This document shows, one piece after another, positions 11,012-22,880 of a stretch of 64,000 bases of DNA. A model generated the notes under the pieces. That model saw only the letters and a program-made list of their open reading frames with translations. It did no database searches and had not been told where the DNA came from. The translations under genes and the position numbers were made by a program. The stretch lies in assembly GCF_963853765.1 (NCBI RefSeq), contig NC_088859.1:34286001-34350000 (forward strand), written 5' to 3'. Numbering within the stretch: the first letter of the stretch is position 1; every line of letters starts with the position of its first letter. The stretch is from Magallana gigas (Eukaryota).

Positions 11012-14000
11012 ATGGAAACTAAAACTTTAGATATACCTAAAGCTGAGGTAACAGCTTATTTATTTACATATATATGACACATAATAAATGCCTTTAATTC
11101 AAGCTGCTTGGGAAGTTTTATTCATGAATTGCAAAGGAGCAAATTTGCATGTTTTGGGAACATGATTTTTAGTGTGAAATAAAAACTTCGGGACCAAATG
11201 TGAAGCTGGTTTTTAATATCCTTTCTGAAATAATATCCAAAAAACTTTACATAACATTTTTTTTAATTTAAAGCACAGCAGTGTCCAAGCTAGATGTATA
11301 AAACTAATGTTTCTAAACTTTCTTTCTGTAGTCTGCCCCAAGATATTTATGCAGCACATTTTCTTAAATTATTCTTTATTTAAAAATATCTTTGGACCTA
11401 AAGAATGTTCATTCATTAGTAAGAAAAAATACGAAGATTTTCCCATTGAAACACCTCCTCTCGCTTGTTCGGTTTCAATACACGGCTTATGCAGGTCGGG
11501 AACAATTCCTCCTTGCATTTACCGGAATGTTTTGATTACTTCAAAGAGGGATGATCTTTTTAGCGAGACTGTCTCACTATAGAGGAATTGTTCCCAACCT
11601 GTTGAAATAAAAGGTCTATGAGGATATTGCACCGCAAAAGAGATGAAAGTACTCGGATGATAACATTGAAAAATTTTGCAAAGTATTCTGAGTGACTTTA
11701 AATGGAGAAAAGATATAAACATTTCACATTATGAATCTCCTTCAGGAATCCGTTTTCGTTCCTGTGACTTTTTCCAAATGAAAAATGATAACGTGTCAAT
11801 GACACATATCTTGGGTATTTTTACTTTCATTGATTTCAATTGCACTTTTTCACAAGTATGTGTATTTTTATTAAAAATCGTCCAAATGTGCTGCCTAAAT
11901 ATCTTGGGACAGACTATAGTTTATAGGTAAGGCCTGGTTAATGGTGTTTACATTATTTTCTTGATAATTTGCTTTTCCAGCTGGCAAAGGCAGTGGATGG
12001 TCTACAGAAGTTGCTTAAGGTTTCTAATGCAAAATCGGACATACTTCAAGAAAGAGAAAAAATCCACTTACAAGTCAGCATGAAGAAAATTTCAAATCTA
12101 CCAGAGCAAATCATTAAAGTGTAAGAACACATATTGAAAAACAATAAACATATTTTAAAATTACAATTTTAATCATCTACATACGACAAAGCAAGTAATG
12201 AATCAATCATGATCATGACTTTTTTATTTCCTCAGAAATTTACCCCATGGCCTTTATACTGCGGATACTGATGTCTGTCTTTTCGTCAAAGACCTGGACA
12301 AGAAGAGTAGAGAGTTTGAAGTGTCAGAGGAACATTTTTCCGACATGCTGGTGGAAAAGGGGGTCAATTGTGTCAGAAAGGTGATTACTAGTACTGAAGT
12401 CTATATTTCAGGTGTGTGACTGTCAGTCATATCAACTCTCAGTACCACTGTGATAAGGTCTGTAAAGAGATGGATATATGTCAATTGGCTAAAAGGACTG
12501 TCAGTAAAAAAAGTGAGATCTCAGTGGTTAGAACCTTGACAAGTTGACATGGGAAATCTTGGTTTCAAGACCCTGTGGGGTTTGACTCTTTATCCCCTGG
12601 TACACATGCAAAAATTGGTAGTTCTTTAAAAGATATGTCTGATGTTGATGAAATTTGTACATTGTATTCCATTCAGATTTAATACTCTTTATTTTATTGT
12701 TGTATGTGGATTTCAAGATATAAAAATATATTTATAATTCAAATGAAAACATTTCAATTATTTCAGGTGATTCCGTTAAAGGCATTGAAACTGGAATACA
12801 AGCCTTTTGAGGCTAAACGGAACCTCTCCAATGAGTTTGATTTGTTCCTCGCAGATTCTCGCATTATAAGACTTTTACCCTCTCTACTTGGAAAAAGTTT
12901 TTATGGAAGGAAAAGGTGTGTATAAGTGAATGCCACTACATTCATTATAAATCCATGGTATGCTTGTTTCATTAGGGTCTCAAGGTACTGTTTTCAAATG
13001 TGGAAATGAATTGTCCAAATGAATTAGAAGTATGTACATAATTGAAAAGAGGGTTTTCTTTGAACTTTTGTGAGGAAACATATTCTTATGTAAACTCACA
13101 GCTTTGGTATTTCCCGGTAAACCCTGGTAAAACAAGACAAGTTTCTTATTTATTATAAAGACTACTGTATACAGTCTTCTAATGACCTGTATGTGTAGGT
13201 ATACTGTTGTGTGAACTTTGTGAATGAAGTTTTATTTTTACATATGCATGAGAGACATGCAGTCAATTTTTTTTTAAATATGCACACTTGATATAGGATA
13301 TTTTATTTGATCTTTTAGAAACCCCATTCAAGTGGATTTAGAGGCTAAAGATTTGAAAGAAGAGATATCTAAGGCAGTGAACAACACCAGATGTATCCTG
13401 AAAAACAGAGGATCATCATGGTAGAGACCTCCTCTTTTTATGATTACTTTTATGTGATTACTATATACTCTAATATGGATGATGTAAGTGGTATTGTGAT
13501 AAGCATATCGGCATTCATGTATTTAAACAGATTTTTTTAACATCATTTACTGTGGTATAACTTCAGTTTGGTGACGGTGGGCTACTCAGATATGACACGT
13601 GACCAGATTGTAGAAAATGTGCTTAAGACTGTTGAGCAGCTCTCCCAGAAATTCCCAGGCGGGTCAAACAACATCAGAAGTCTCCACATCAAAACCACCA
13701 GCTCAGCCTCCATTCCATTCTTTGTGTCTCTAGGTAAGATTTGTTCTAGAAAACAGGGATGTATAATGAGTTACAGGATAATGTTTGCATCTTGTCAGTA
13801 ATTATTAACTCACAATGAAGGTGGATATGATATAGTCATGTGCTTGTGAGTCATGTGCTTGTGAGTGGGGAAAGTGGATGGGTACATTTTGAAAATAATG
13901 AGTGGAAATATTGAGCTGTTGGCAGAATTTGAAAGCAAGAATGTTAATACTGGTTATTTTTAATGAATTTATTGTAGATAGTGGAGATACAGTGGTATTT

Positions 14001-14876
14001 CCTGAAAGAAAGAAGGAGAAAAACAAACCAGTCATAGGGGAAATCACCACAGTCATGGATAAAAAGGTCAGGGTTACAATGGACGGAAAGGTCAAATTGG
14101 TAAAAGGGGGTGAAGGTGACAAGCCAAAAAAGAACAGAAAAAGAAAGAACCCAAAAGCTAATGATAAAGAAAATAAAAAGGAGGAAAGCACTGTTGGGGT
14201 AGAAGCAGTTGAGGTCAAGATAGAATATGATTCCCAAGGAGAAGTTGATGAAGAACCAGCACAAAAGAAGGTCAAGAAAACTCCCAAAAAGAACTCTGCT
14301 GTCACCCCTAAAGCCGTTGAAAAGAAAACTCCGAAAAAATCTCCAAAGGTTGTAGAAGCACAGAAAAAAGCAACGCCAGTTAGCAAGACACCAAATGTAA
14401 AAGAAATTGCTAAAACTGTTGAAAAAGAAAATCAGAAATCAGGTAAAAAGAAACAGGTTGTGAACAGTACACCAAAAGTCAAAACTCCGAAAACACCAAA
14501 AGGAAAAACACCGAAAACACCTAAAGGACAGAGCGCAAAAAAAGATTTAGTTAGTGATATACTGGTAAAACAAGAGGACTCTAATGTAGAACTGGATGTG
14601 CAAACACCAGTCAATGTCAAAAAGTCAAAAGCAAAAACTCCTAAAAGTGCAGCACTAACAAAAACTCCAAAAAGTGCATTAAAAGAGAATGCACAAGGAA
14701 AAACACCCAAAAGTGCAGTGAAAGAAAAGGGACAAGGGAAAACACCGAAGAGTGCGACCATGGAGAAAGCGGCCAAGAAACTGAAGGAAATAACTCCCCC
14801 GACGGTCAAAAGGCTGCAGTCTAAAGCCCGTGTGTTAACCCCAGATACGCCCTCTGGGAAAAAGAAGAAAAACTGA
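11012..14876 (+). CDS. RSL1D1: Ribosomal L1 domain-containing protein 1 (CSIG), 545 aa, with a long Lys/TPK-rich tail
   Basis: Exons 11012-11047, 11981-12120, 12236-12380, 12767-12915, 13319-13420, 13567-13733 and 13978-14876 give 1638 nt in frame. Motifs: NLPHGLY...DVCLFVKD, LKLEYKPFEAKRNLSNEFDLFLADSRIIRLLPSLLGKSFYGRKRNPIQVDL, NNIRSLHIKTTSSASIP. AATAAA at 15038. Confidence 0.92.
11326..11919. mobile_element. MITE with 36-bp TIRs in RSL1D1 intron 1
   Basis: The left end CTGTAGTCTGCCCCAAGATATTTATGCAGCACATTT matches the reverse complement of the right end, CTATAGTCTGTCCCAAGATATTTAGGCAGCACATTT, at 33 of 36 positions. Confidence 0.8.
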
Positions 14877-16635
14877 ACTTTGGGCAGATAACTCTTGTTG
14901 CTCAGAATACCGGTATATTGGGACACGTTTTGAATAACAGTTATCTCTCTTTTGCTTACCGGTACTTCTTCATGGGTACTTGTGACAAATGAATACATTG
15001 TATCATAATGCAATTGTTTTGTTCTTATGTCGAAGAAAATAAAATGTGAGAATAATCAATTCTTACTCTCTGTAGAAATTAAAGTAAGAGTCTTTTGACA
15101 TGTCTCTTCTACAGAAAAACAAATAATATAAAACAAAAACCGTATCAGGTATTGAACACCTCCTTATTGTGATTAATTTTCTTCAAATAAAACATTGAAA
15201 ATTAACTATTACTTTATATTATTCTTTCAAGATTTACGTGTCAAGCAGCGTAGCGCAATAGGTTTCAGCAACACCATACTGATCAGCGAGTCAAGAGTTA
15301 GAAACCTGCTGGTCATGGGCTTTTACATATATACATCTATTTTGAAAATGATATAATTTTATCAATATTGATATCTGAAGGTGTATCATACCACCTTTAT
15401 TTTATTAATTTCTTATGGTCAGATTGTGAAAGAACCAGTCTCATGAGCAGTTAAAATTCACCCAAAGAGAAAAAAAAATGGAATGACATACTTTTTGCCC
15501 CCAGTTTCTTTATCCATGTTCAATTTATATTATTTAAAAGAATCCCCTTGAAATGGCGTAAAACTTTAAGTTATAAAACTTGGTATATTGCGGTTTTGTC
15601 AGGTTTATGGAAGATGAAATTATTTATGCGATTTATTAGAATGCAGTCAAACTTTAAAAAGACGGCTTTACATTATCAGTTTTATTAACGAGAATAAAAA
15701 GATCACATAAAAACTCTAATTGGACTTGATGTCAAGATGTATTGGCATGGATTGGGACGATTTCTGAAGCTTTGATAGTAATCTAATATGTAGGCATCAG
15801 GTTGCGGTGTGTTTAAATAGAAAGGTTATACACCCAGCGTATTTGTGGCGGACTTATTCAATATGATAAACAGTAGCAGAAATTGGGCCTCAATTTATTC
15901 ATCCCGTAAAACTGCGATCAAAACAAGGCTTGTTTGTCTGGGATTTGATATGTCATGGTCCGCCATGCAATGTCAGTTTTTAAACAGACTAGATTCATAT
16001 ATCTACAATTAATAAGTTACGCCAGAATTATTAATTTTTTTTGCTGGTGACATATCTTGATGCATATGATATTTTTAAAGCTTCTACGCGTGTATACACT
16101 TCTACAAGCGTTTCTTTGTTCTCTTGTCCAAAAATCAATCGCAGAAAACTGGTCAGAATATTTTGGTATTAACCGATTAACTGAAGTTCTTTCTTATCTC
16201 AGAAGAAAGCTACAATTAACTGTTCCTTTTATCTGTAGACAATGGATATTAGGTGTTTGAATTTTGCATAAAACGAAAGTTCTCCAGTTTCATCACTGTA
16301 AAATATCGATCATGAAAGTGACTTTTTTATCGTTAACTTTGTACACTGAGTAGTTTGAAGGCCAGTAAAACGACAAACTAATGTGAAATGACAACGAAAC
16401 ATGTCTTAGTAAAACAAAGGCTATATTTCCTTGTTATCTGAACACAACTGTCACTATGTATCTAAGAAACCAGAGAATTAGGTTAATACGGAAATAAAAA
16501 GGAAGAAGAAAAAAACCGTTATGATATGACTGTATTTAATTTTTATGTCAAAAAGGTTGTAATATATGTTGTTCATTGGTCAAGTATGACGGCTTGTTTG
16601 GAATCATCTAACAGTTGTAACGTTTCTGACAAATA

Positions 16636-18469
16636 TGTGACCGCGTAGTTTTTACGGTGCTAGGAAATTCTTCTGGAGCTGTATATCCGCCGTGTGCAGT
16701 ACGGACGGGGTGAGGGAATGTTGGCGTAAAGGGTATAAAGTATAAGGTTGAGGCGCGCTGTGGGCCGTAAGGTAAAAACGAAGGGTAGGTTTGCCGTATT
16801 CCCGAAGGTCCACCAGTATACAGTTCCAGAGAAATAAACCAAGTGATGAAGGATTCCGTATTTATTGGCCGAGATTCAACGATGGCAACATTAAAACATT
16901 TTAACAGACAGACATTTTACAAACAAGTCGGATATGGCCAGTAGTGGCCTCCGGACTCAAGACTCTGGGTGAGTCGGACGTGGCCGAGGCTGGCCGCCGT
17001 ATTCCAGACTGCCGATTGACAATTGTACATAATTATTTATAAGAATCTGAACAATAAGTATAAATTGACAGGTGATGACTTAAGTAAGCTGAGTGAAAGG
17101 TTCACAGATATAAAATAATTAAATAAACTCAATGAGTCTTTGATGTCCAAGACATGTAAAACTGATAATTGCACATTGTTGTTTTAAGAGATTAACAGTC
17201 CTTGAGACGTGGCACCTGGTCTCTTTGAAATCACATTACGAGTCCGCAAAGTGTCAATCACAAAATAAACTTGTAACTTAGTAAGAAATAAATTGTGAGA
17301 AAATATTACGAAACAGATGTTGAATTTTAAAAGTAAAGTCCAAAATAAAGTTATAATTAATTAAACAGTGAATTTTGCACGGTGATAGTTTCCCACCGCT
17401 CCGGGGAAAACACGTCCTCGTGTTTTGAATGGAATGTCACATTTTTCTCTGTTCTTTGATTTTCTTACACCGGTGACGGACGTTTGAGGTCAGCTGAAGT
17501 TTCTACAGTTGACCGTTGTTTCCTGGTGATAAACAGAGAAAACTGTCTGCATAGTTCATGGCGGCTGGAACTTTTGTTGTCCATCGTTGTTACGTTGAGA
17601 CTGAGTTGATGTTCAATGGGGGAAACTCGCTGGCTGAAGAGGTCCAGGATCTGACTACTGCAAAATATATGCAGCAGCCCCGGGCGTTGTTGTTACCCTT
17701 AGGATTCATCCACCAATTGTGACCGCGTAGTTTTTACGGTGCTAGGAAATTCTTCTGGAGCTGTATATCCGCCGTGTGCAGTACGGACGGGGTGAGGGAA
17801 TGTTGGCGTAAAGGGTATAAAGTATAAGGTTGAGGCGCGCTGTGGGCCGTAAGGTAAAAACGAAGGGTAGGTTTGCCGTATTCCCGAAGGTCCACCAGTA
17901 TACAGTTCCAGAGAAATAAACCAAGTGATGAAGGATTCCGTATTTATTGGCCGAGATTCAACGATGGCAACATTAAAACATTTTAACAGACAGACATTTT
18001 ACAAACAAGTCGGATATGGCCAGTAGTGGCCTCCGGACTCAAGACTCTGGGTGAGTCGGACGTGGCCGAGGCTGGCCGCCGTATTCCAGACTGCCGATTG
18101 ACAATTGTACATAATTATTTATAAGAATCTGAACAATAAGTATAAATTGACAGGTGATGACTTAAGTAAGCTGAGTGAAAGGTTCACAGATATAAAATAA
18201 TTAAATAAACTCAATGAGTCTTTGATGTCCAAGACATGTAAAACTGATAATTGCACATTGTTGTTTTAAGAGATTAACAGTCCTTGAGACGTGGCACCTG
18301 GTCTCTTTGAAATCACATTACGAGTCCGCAAAGTGTCAATCACAAAATAAACTTGTAACTTAGTAAGAAATAAATTGTGAGAAAATATTACGAAACAGAT
18401 GTTGAATTTTAAAAGTAAAGTCCAAAATAAAGTTATAATTAATTAAACAGTGAATTTTGCACGGTGATA
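16636..18469 (-). mobile_element. Non-autonomous LTR retrotransposon (two 752-bp LTRs, 330-bp non-coding interior)
   Basis: Direct repeats at 16636-17387 and 17718-18469 have a constant offset of 1082 and I saw no mismatch. AATA flanks both ends (16632-16635, 18470-18473). On the minus strand the LTR starts TATCACCG and ends CGGTCACA, followed after 2 nt by a PBS-like TGGTGGATGAATCC (17715-17702). A purine-rich GGAGCGGTGGGAAAC abuts the other LTR. Confidence 0.85.
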
Positions 18470-19100
18470 AATACATTTAAAGTGCTGCAGAATTAACCTG
18501 TACTAAATTAATGATTTGGTCTGATTAAAAATGGTCTTAATCAACAAAGACAACAATTAATTTAAAAGAAAACCCTATAGATATTTTAATTTTCGTTTTA
18601 TTTCCGGACTTTGGTCGTATTACGTAATGTTCACGTGCCCAGCGGGATTTCTTGGGCTCTTGTTAGCTTTATAATGATCTCAGAGACTAGTTGGATCATA
18701 CAAAAGCTCACTTCAAACACACGATGATACCGTGATGTATGATCAGATATCGACTTGTATTGACGCGGGGCCGGATGGCGACATTTCAGACCGAATCCTT
18801 GTTTTGCTGTGCACAGTGTGCAGTACATCAATGTTAATAGAAACAAAGATATTCAAACTAATGCAGGGTTTATCTAAAGAGAGCGAAATCCAGTGCTGTG
18901 CGTGCACTTTAAGGGAGGGAAGGGGTCACTCTCAATTATATTGCTCTGAAAAGTGCAAATACTTGCAGAAACTGAAAGGTTATGTCCTTGGGTCCCATCT
19001 TTTTATCTTTTTAGAGAACACGTATATTATTTGCAATCTATATTTTGTATCTATAGAAATGATACCATTTTATAAAAACATCAGAGAACCATTAGGAAGC

Positions 19101-19104
<4 letters not shown>

Positions 19105-19154
<50 letters not shown>
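19105..19154. repeat. (TC)n microsatellite
   Basis: Pure TC run. Confidence 0.97.
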
Positions 19155-19159
<5 letters not shown>

Positions 19160-22100
19160 ACACTTCATTACTAATTTGTATTAACCAAGATATTCAACAA
19201 GAATATACAATGTAGATGGTATCTATTTAGAGCATAAACACCTAAAATCAAGCCATTGTTATGTTATCTGGAAGAGATAAACGACTAACAAATTGGTGCA
19301 AAATGGACAATACTGACAAATTCGCAAAACATCCGTGTAATATAACCCACCAAGTATGCAATAACTTATGTCCGTCAGTGAATACTATCTTTGCAGCTTG
19401 TCAACCCGCTGAATAATGTTTACATTTGTAAGTGTTTATTGCTAGTTGCCGGTAAAAAAAAAAAAAAAAAAACCCTCTTTATCACTCAACAATAGATATA
19501 TCTTGGTAAACACATAAGATAGAGGGTGGAGTAAGGTCGTTTATAGATTACAGTTAGTGCACTGAATTCTCTACAGTGAGTTGTGTTTCAGACATGTCCT
19601 ACTTATTGGGATCCATGCAACGACTCAATATTTGTATTTGCTCAGGTTAACATTGCTGCTCATGAGGAAAAAATTTAAGGAACAGGCTAAAACCCACCAG
19701 TTGGCCAAACGATAAATTCCACACCTCACATCCCCTTCTCTATCTTCACTTTTCCCTATATTCTTCTACCCGTTTTTGCTCTTGAAATATTTCTTATCTC
19801 ACCTATAACCTTTAGCCTGGTCTGGTTCTTTAAAAAAAATGTCAAAGGACTATTTGCACTTTTTAAAACCTTTATGGGACGAAGCCGTGTCTGGAAACAA
19901 GAAAAAATGGTTGGTTAATATTTAAACTTTAAAGCATGCAGTGGCAATTAAAGTTGACAGAATGTCTATTGCTTCTATTTCCTCTTGGGGACGTGCAAAG
20001 CAACTTGTATACTGCAAATACACCCAACCACCAATTTAATACAGCTTTGAACTTTTCGACACCAAAGTTAACTTTTTATTTTCAAGGTGAAATGAAAAGA
20101 TTCACAAAAGAGAACTTGACTCTTTATCTAGAGTTCTGGGACAAAGAATGGCAAGATGGCCGACGAGATTATCTGTAATATTACAATGCCAAGACAAACA
20201 ATGGATATATGCAACAACTGTAATACAAGTTATGTAGATAATATTAAAATATTGCCAATACAAAGGCAAGCGGGTACACTTGCAAATGGTTGCGTACAGC
20301 CAAGCATGGTCTCCCAGGATTTCTTATCAAATATTCTTCTATATGCGATCAACACATGTGGTATATAAGCATATAAAAAATCTTGGGGTGGTTTTTTTTC
20401 TTTTTTACATTAGGTCTTTTCGGTTTTCTGGGTGTAAAAGATAATATAAATAACACATAAAGAGCTTATTGTTCACTCTTGGTTTTCTGCCATCACCGAA
20501 AACCCCCGAGGTCGGACTGTAACTGCAAATCATCGCTTGATAGTGCATTATATTAAATACATTATTCCTGATATTAGATGAATTGATTTAAAAACGGAAT
20601 ATGACGAAGATATTTCAACGCGTGCACACGATCCTAATTAGAGATAGAATTAACAGTACGTGTATTATCAAGATTAAATGCATTGTTTCTCCAAAATACA
20701 AGAGGCCCCTTGTCAACGACTGTGCTGATGGTCTTCTTCGCTTATTGACCAGGCGTGGTGGGAGAGGTCCCTGTCATATAGCATTGTTACCTTTTGTTTC
20801 AAATCCAAAGTATGCTTGGCTAACTTCTACCAATTCTGTCAGTGTTTTTTTTTTTATTTAAAGTCGCTTATGTACGCGATGTGCGGTTTATAACTGGACC
20901 AGTAACTTACATTACCGCATGAGTCAACACAGAGATTTTTGTCCAGTGGGAAAGGTTTTTTTTACCCCGTGGGTAGCCAATTCATGCGAATTATTCTCAT
21001 TTTAGACCTAGTTTTGGAATAACACTACAAGTGTTCCAAAACGATATTTTTAAAAGACCTTTGAACTTTATGACAGCAAAGATTCATACCAAACAAACCC
21101 AAATTTTCATATTTGACAGTTTTCATATTGTAACGGTTGTCATCAAATTTTAATGTAATATTAAAATTTAATGTAATATTATATATAAATATATAAAGAT
21201 AAAGACACCAGCAATCCATAGCAAAAGAAGTTATTAACTTATCCTTGAATGTTCTAAAATTCCATCTTTACTTTTTTCATGAAGAAAATACACGGCATAC
21301 GATTGGCTTAGTAAAACTTTATAAATATTTTTCATTTGAGTAATTTTGCCGTCCAAATCGTTTTCATAATAAAAGTACCACGTGATCTGATGTACATAAT
21401 TATTATATATTGTTTAAACATTTCCTTGCACTTCTTTGCCTTTTAAGTATAGTTCTTGTATGTCTATGCTATGGTCAAGGAGTGAAATATAAACTTTAAC
21501 TTCACTTCAAGTATCCGAGATTTGGTACGTGTAAATATCGTCAGGCTTGTTAAGGAATGGTTGACTTCGTTTTTCAATTCCTGATAAATGAGGTTATATT
21601 TGCTGAAGAACTCCTTCCTTTTGGTTATTTTGCAGACTGTTGCAGAAAACTGTTCTCTTAGTCCCTGGTAAAAGCACTCGATGATCTTATGTATATATAT
21701 ATTTCTTGAACAATTTAATTGCCTTTGTTAATCATTTCGCATATATAACTATCAAATAAATTATCGGTATCATTTGACTTTTTATGCTAGTAACTTTTAC
21801 ATAACATTCATATCATAACGCAGAGTAATCCAGAAAAGTGGGCCCCTATAATATCATCTGCACTTTTTGGTTCCGTTTGCAATTGTAACCCCAATATAAC
21901 CATATTGTCAAACAATAACACACTCTTTGAATTTTCATGTTTATTTTCAAAATTTACAAATCCAAATACAAAATAATCGTAATTTCTTTAAGATTTCATT
22001 GTTTGGTTCCAGTTATTCACTGCATTCTTCCTTGTGGATAACAAAAACAATTATATGCGAAATACACACAAGGAAAAACCATGAATATATATACAAATTT

Positions 22101-22880
22101 TGAAATCCCTCCCGATACTCAAATTAACAGATAGAAAGCCAAAAAATGGTCGAATAAAATTTAATGAAACCAATTCTGTAATCCCCCGCACATTTCGTCA
22201 AAGAAATGTCTTCCAAAACAGCGCATGGTGGCATCGTTAAAATAATCTATACTAAAATTGGATCTGCCATTCACGACTTTTTGAGGGACAAATGATTGAG
22301 GAAATGTGAATTATAAAAGAATTTATGACACGACTTCACTGAAAACTTTCCCCCCAAAAGAATAGTTTTTTTTTTCAAAATAAAATATGTGTATAAAATG
22401 CACTTTTCAGTTTTCAAACAATAAACAACATAGAATCTTTTATCTATGCTTCACAGTTTGTGAAAGTCTTGATTATTCCATATAAATAAAAATACAGTCA
22501 TGTAAACAAATTGTCTGGAAAAGAAAGATGAATCCTTCACATACGTGTGCATTTATTGTCAGATAAGGCACATAATTGCAAGTTTAAATGCACCTAAAGC
22601 CATAGTGTCAGTAAAAGAGCACCCTTCTTCAAGATGCCGTGAGAGCAGACGATTTAAATATATCCTACACAATGTGTATTCGTCGTTCGCCATTACAGCG
22701 GCTTCGTCTGCAACTTACGTCATCACAAAAGAAGCCTCGTTCTTAACTAAAAATGTCCTGAGAATGTAAACTTCAGTGGGCGCAGCATCATTTGTGCAAT
22801 GTTGAAGATCATTTTGAAGCTGAACACAACCTTGACACACCTCAATATTGCAACTTGACAGTATATATGGAAGACCAGGT

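Noticed and set aside
13805-15013. Long minus-strand ORFs of 193, 106 and 193 aa
   Set aside because: Antisense shadows of the low-complexity Lys-rich RSL1D1 exon.
17388-17717. Short ORFs in the LTR element interior, including QQRPGLLH, which faintly resembles an integrase motif
   Set aside because: They are under 80 aa with no convincing gag/RT/integrase motif.
16660-17924. Identical 60-aa ORFs (MVYFSGTVYWWTF...) at 16660-16842 and 17742-17924
   Set aside because: They are copies within the two LTRs, with no recognisable domain, and are not evidence of a duplicated gene.
18732-19184. 150-aa ORF
   Set aside because: It runs through the (TC)n microsatellite (SLSLSL), has no domain and has no splice context.
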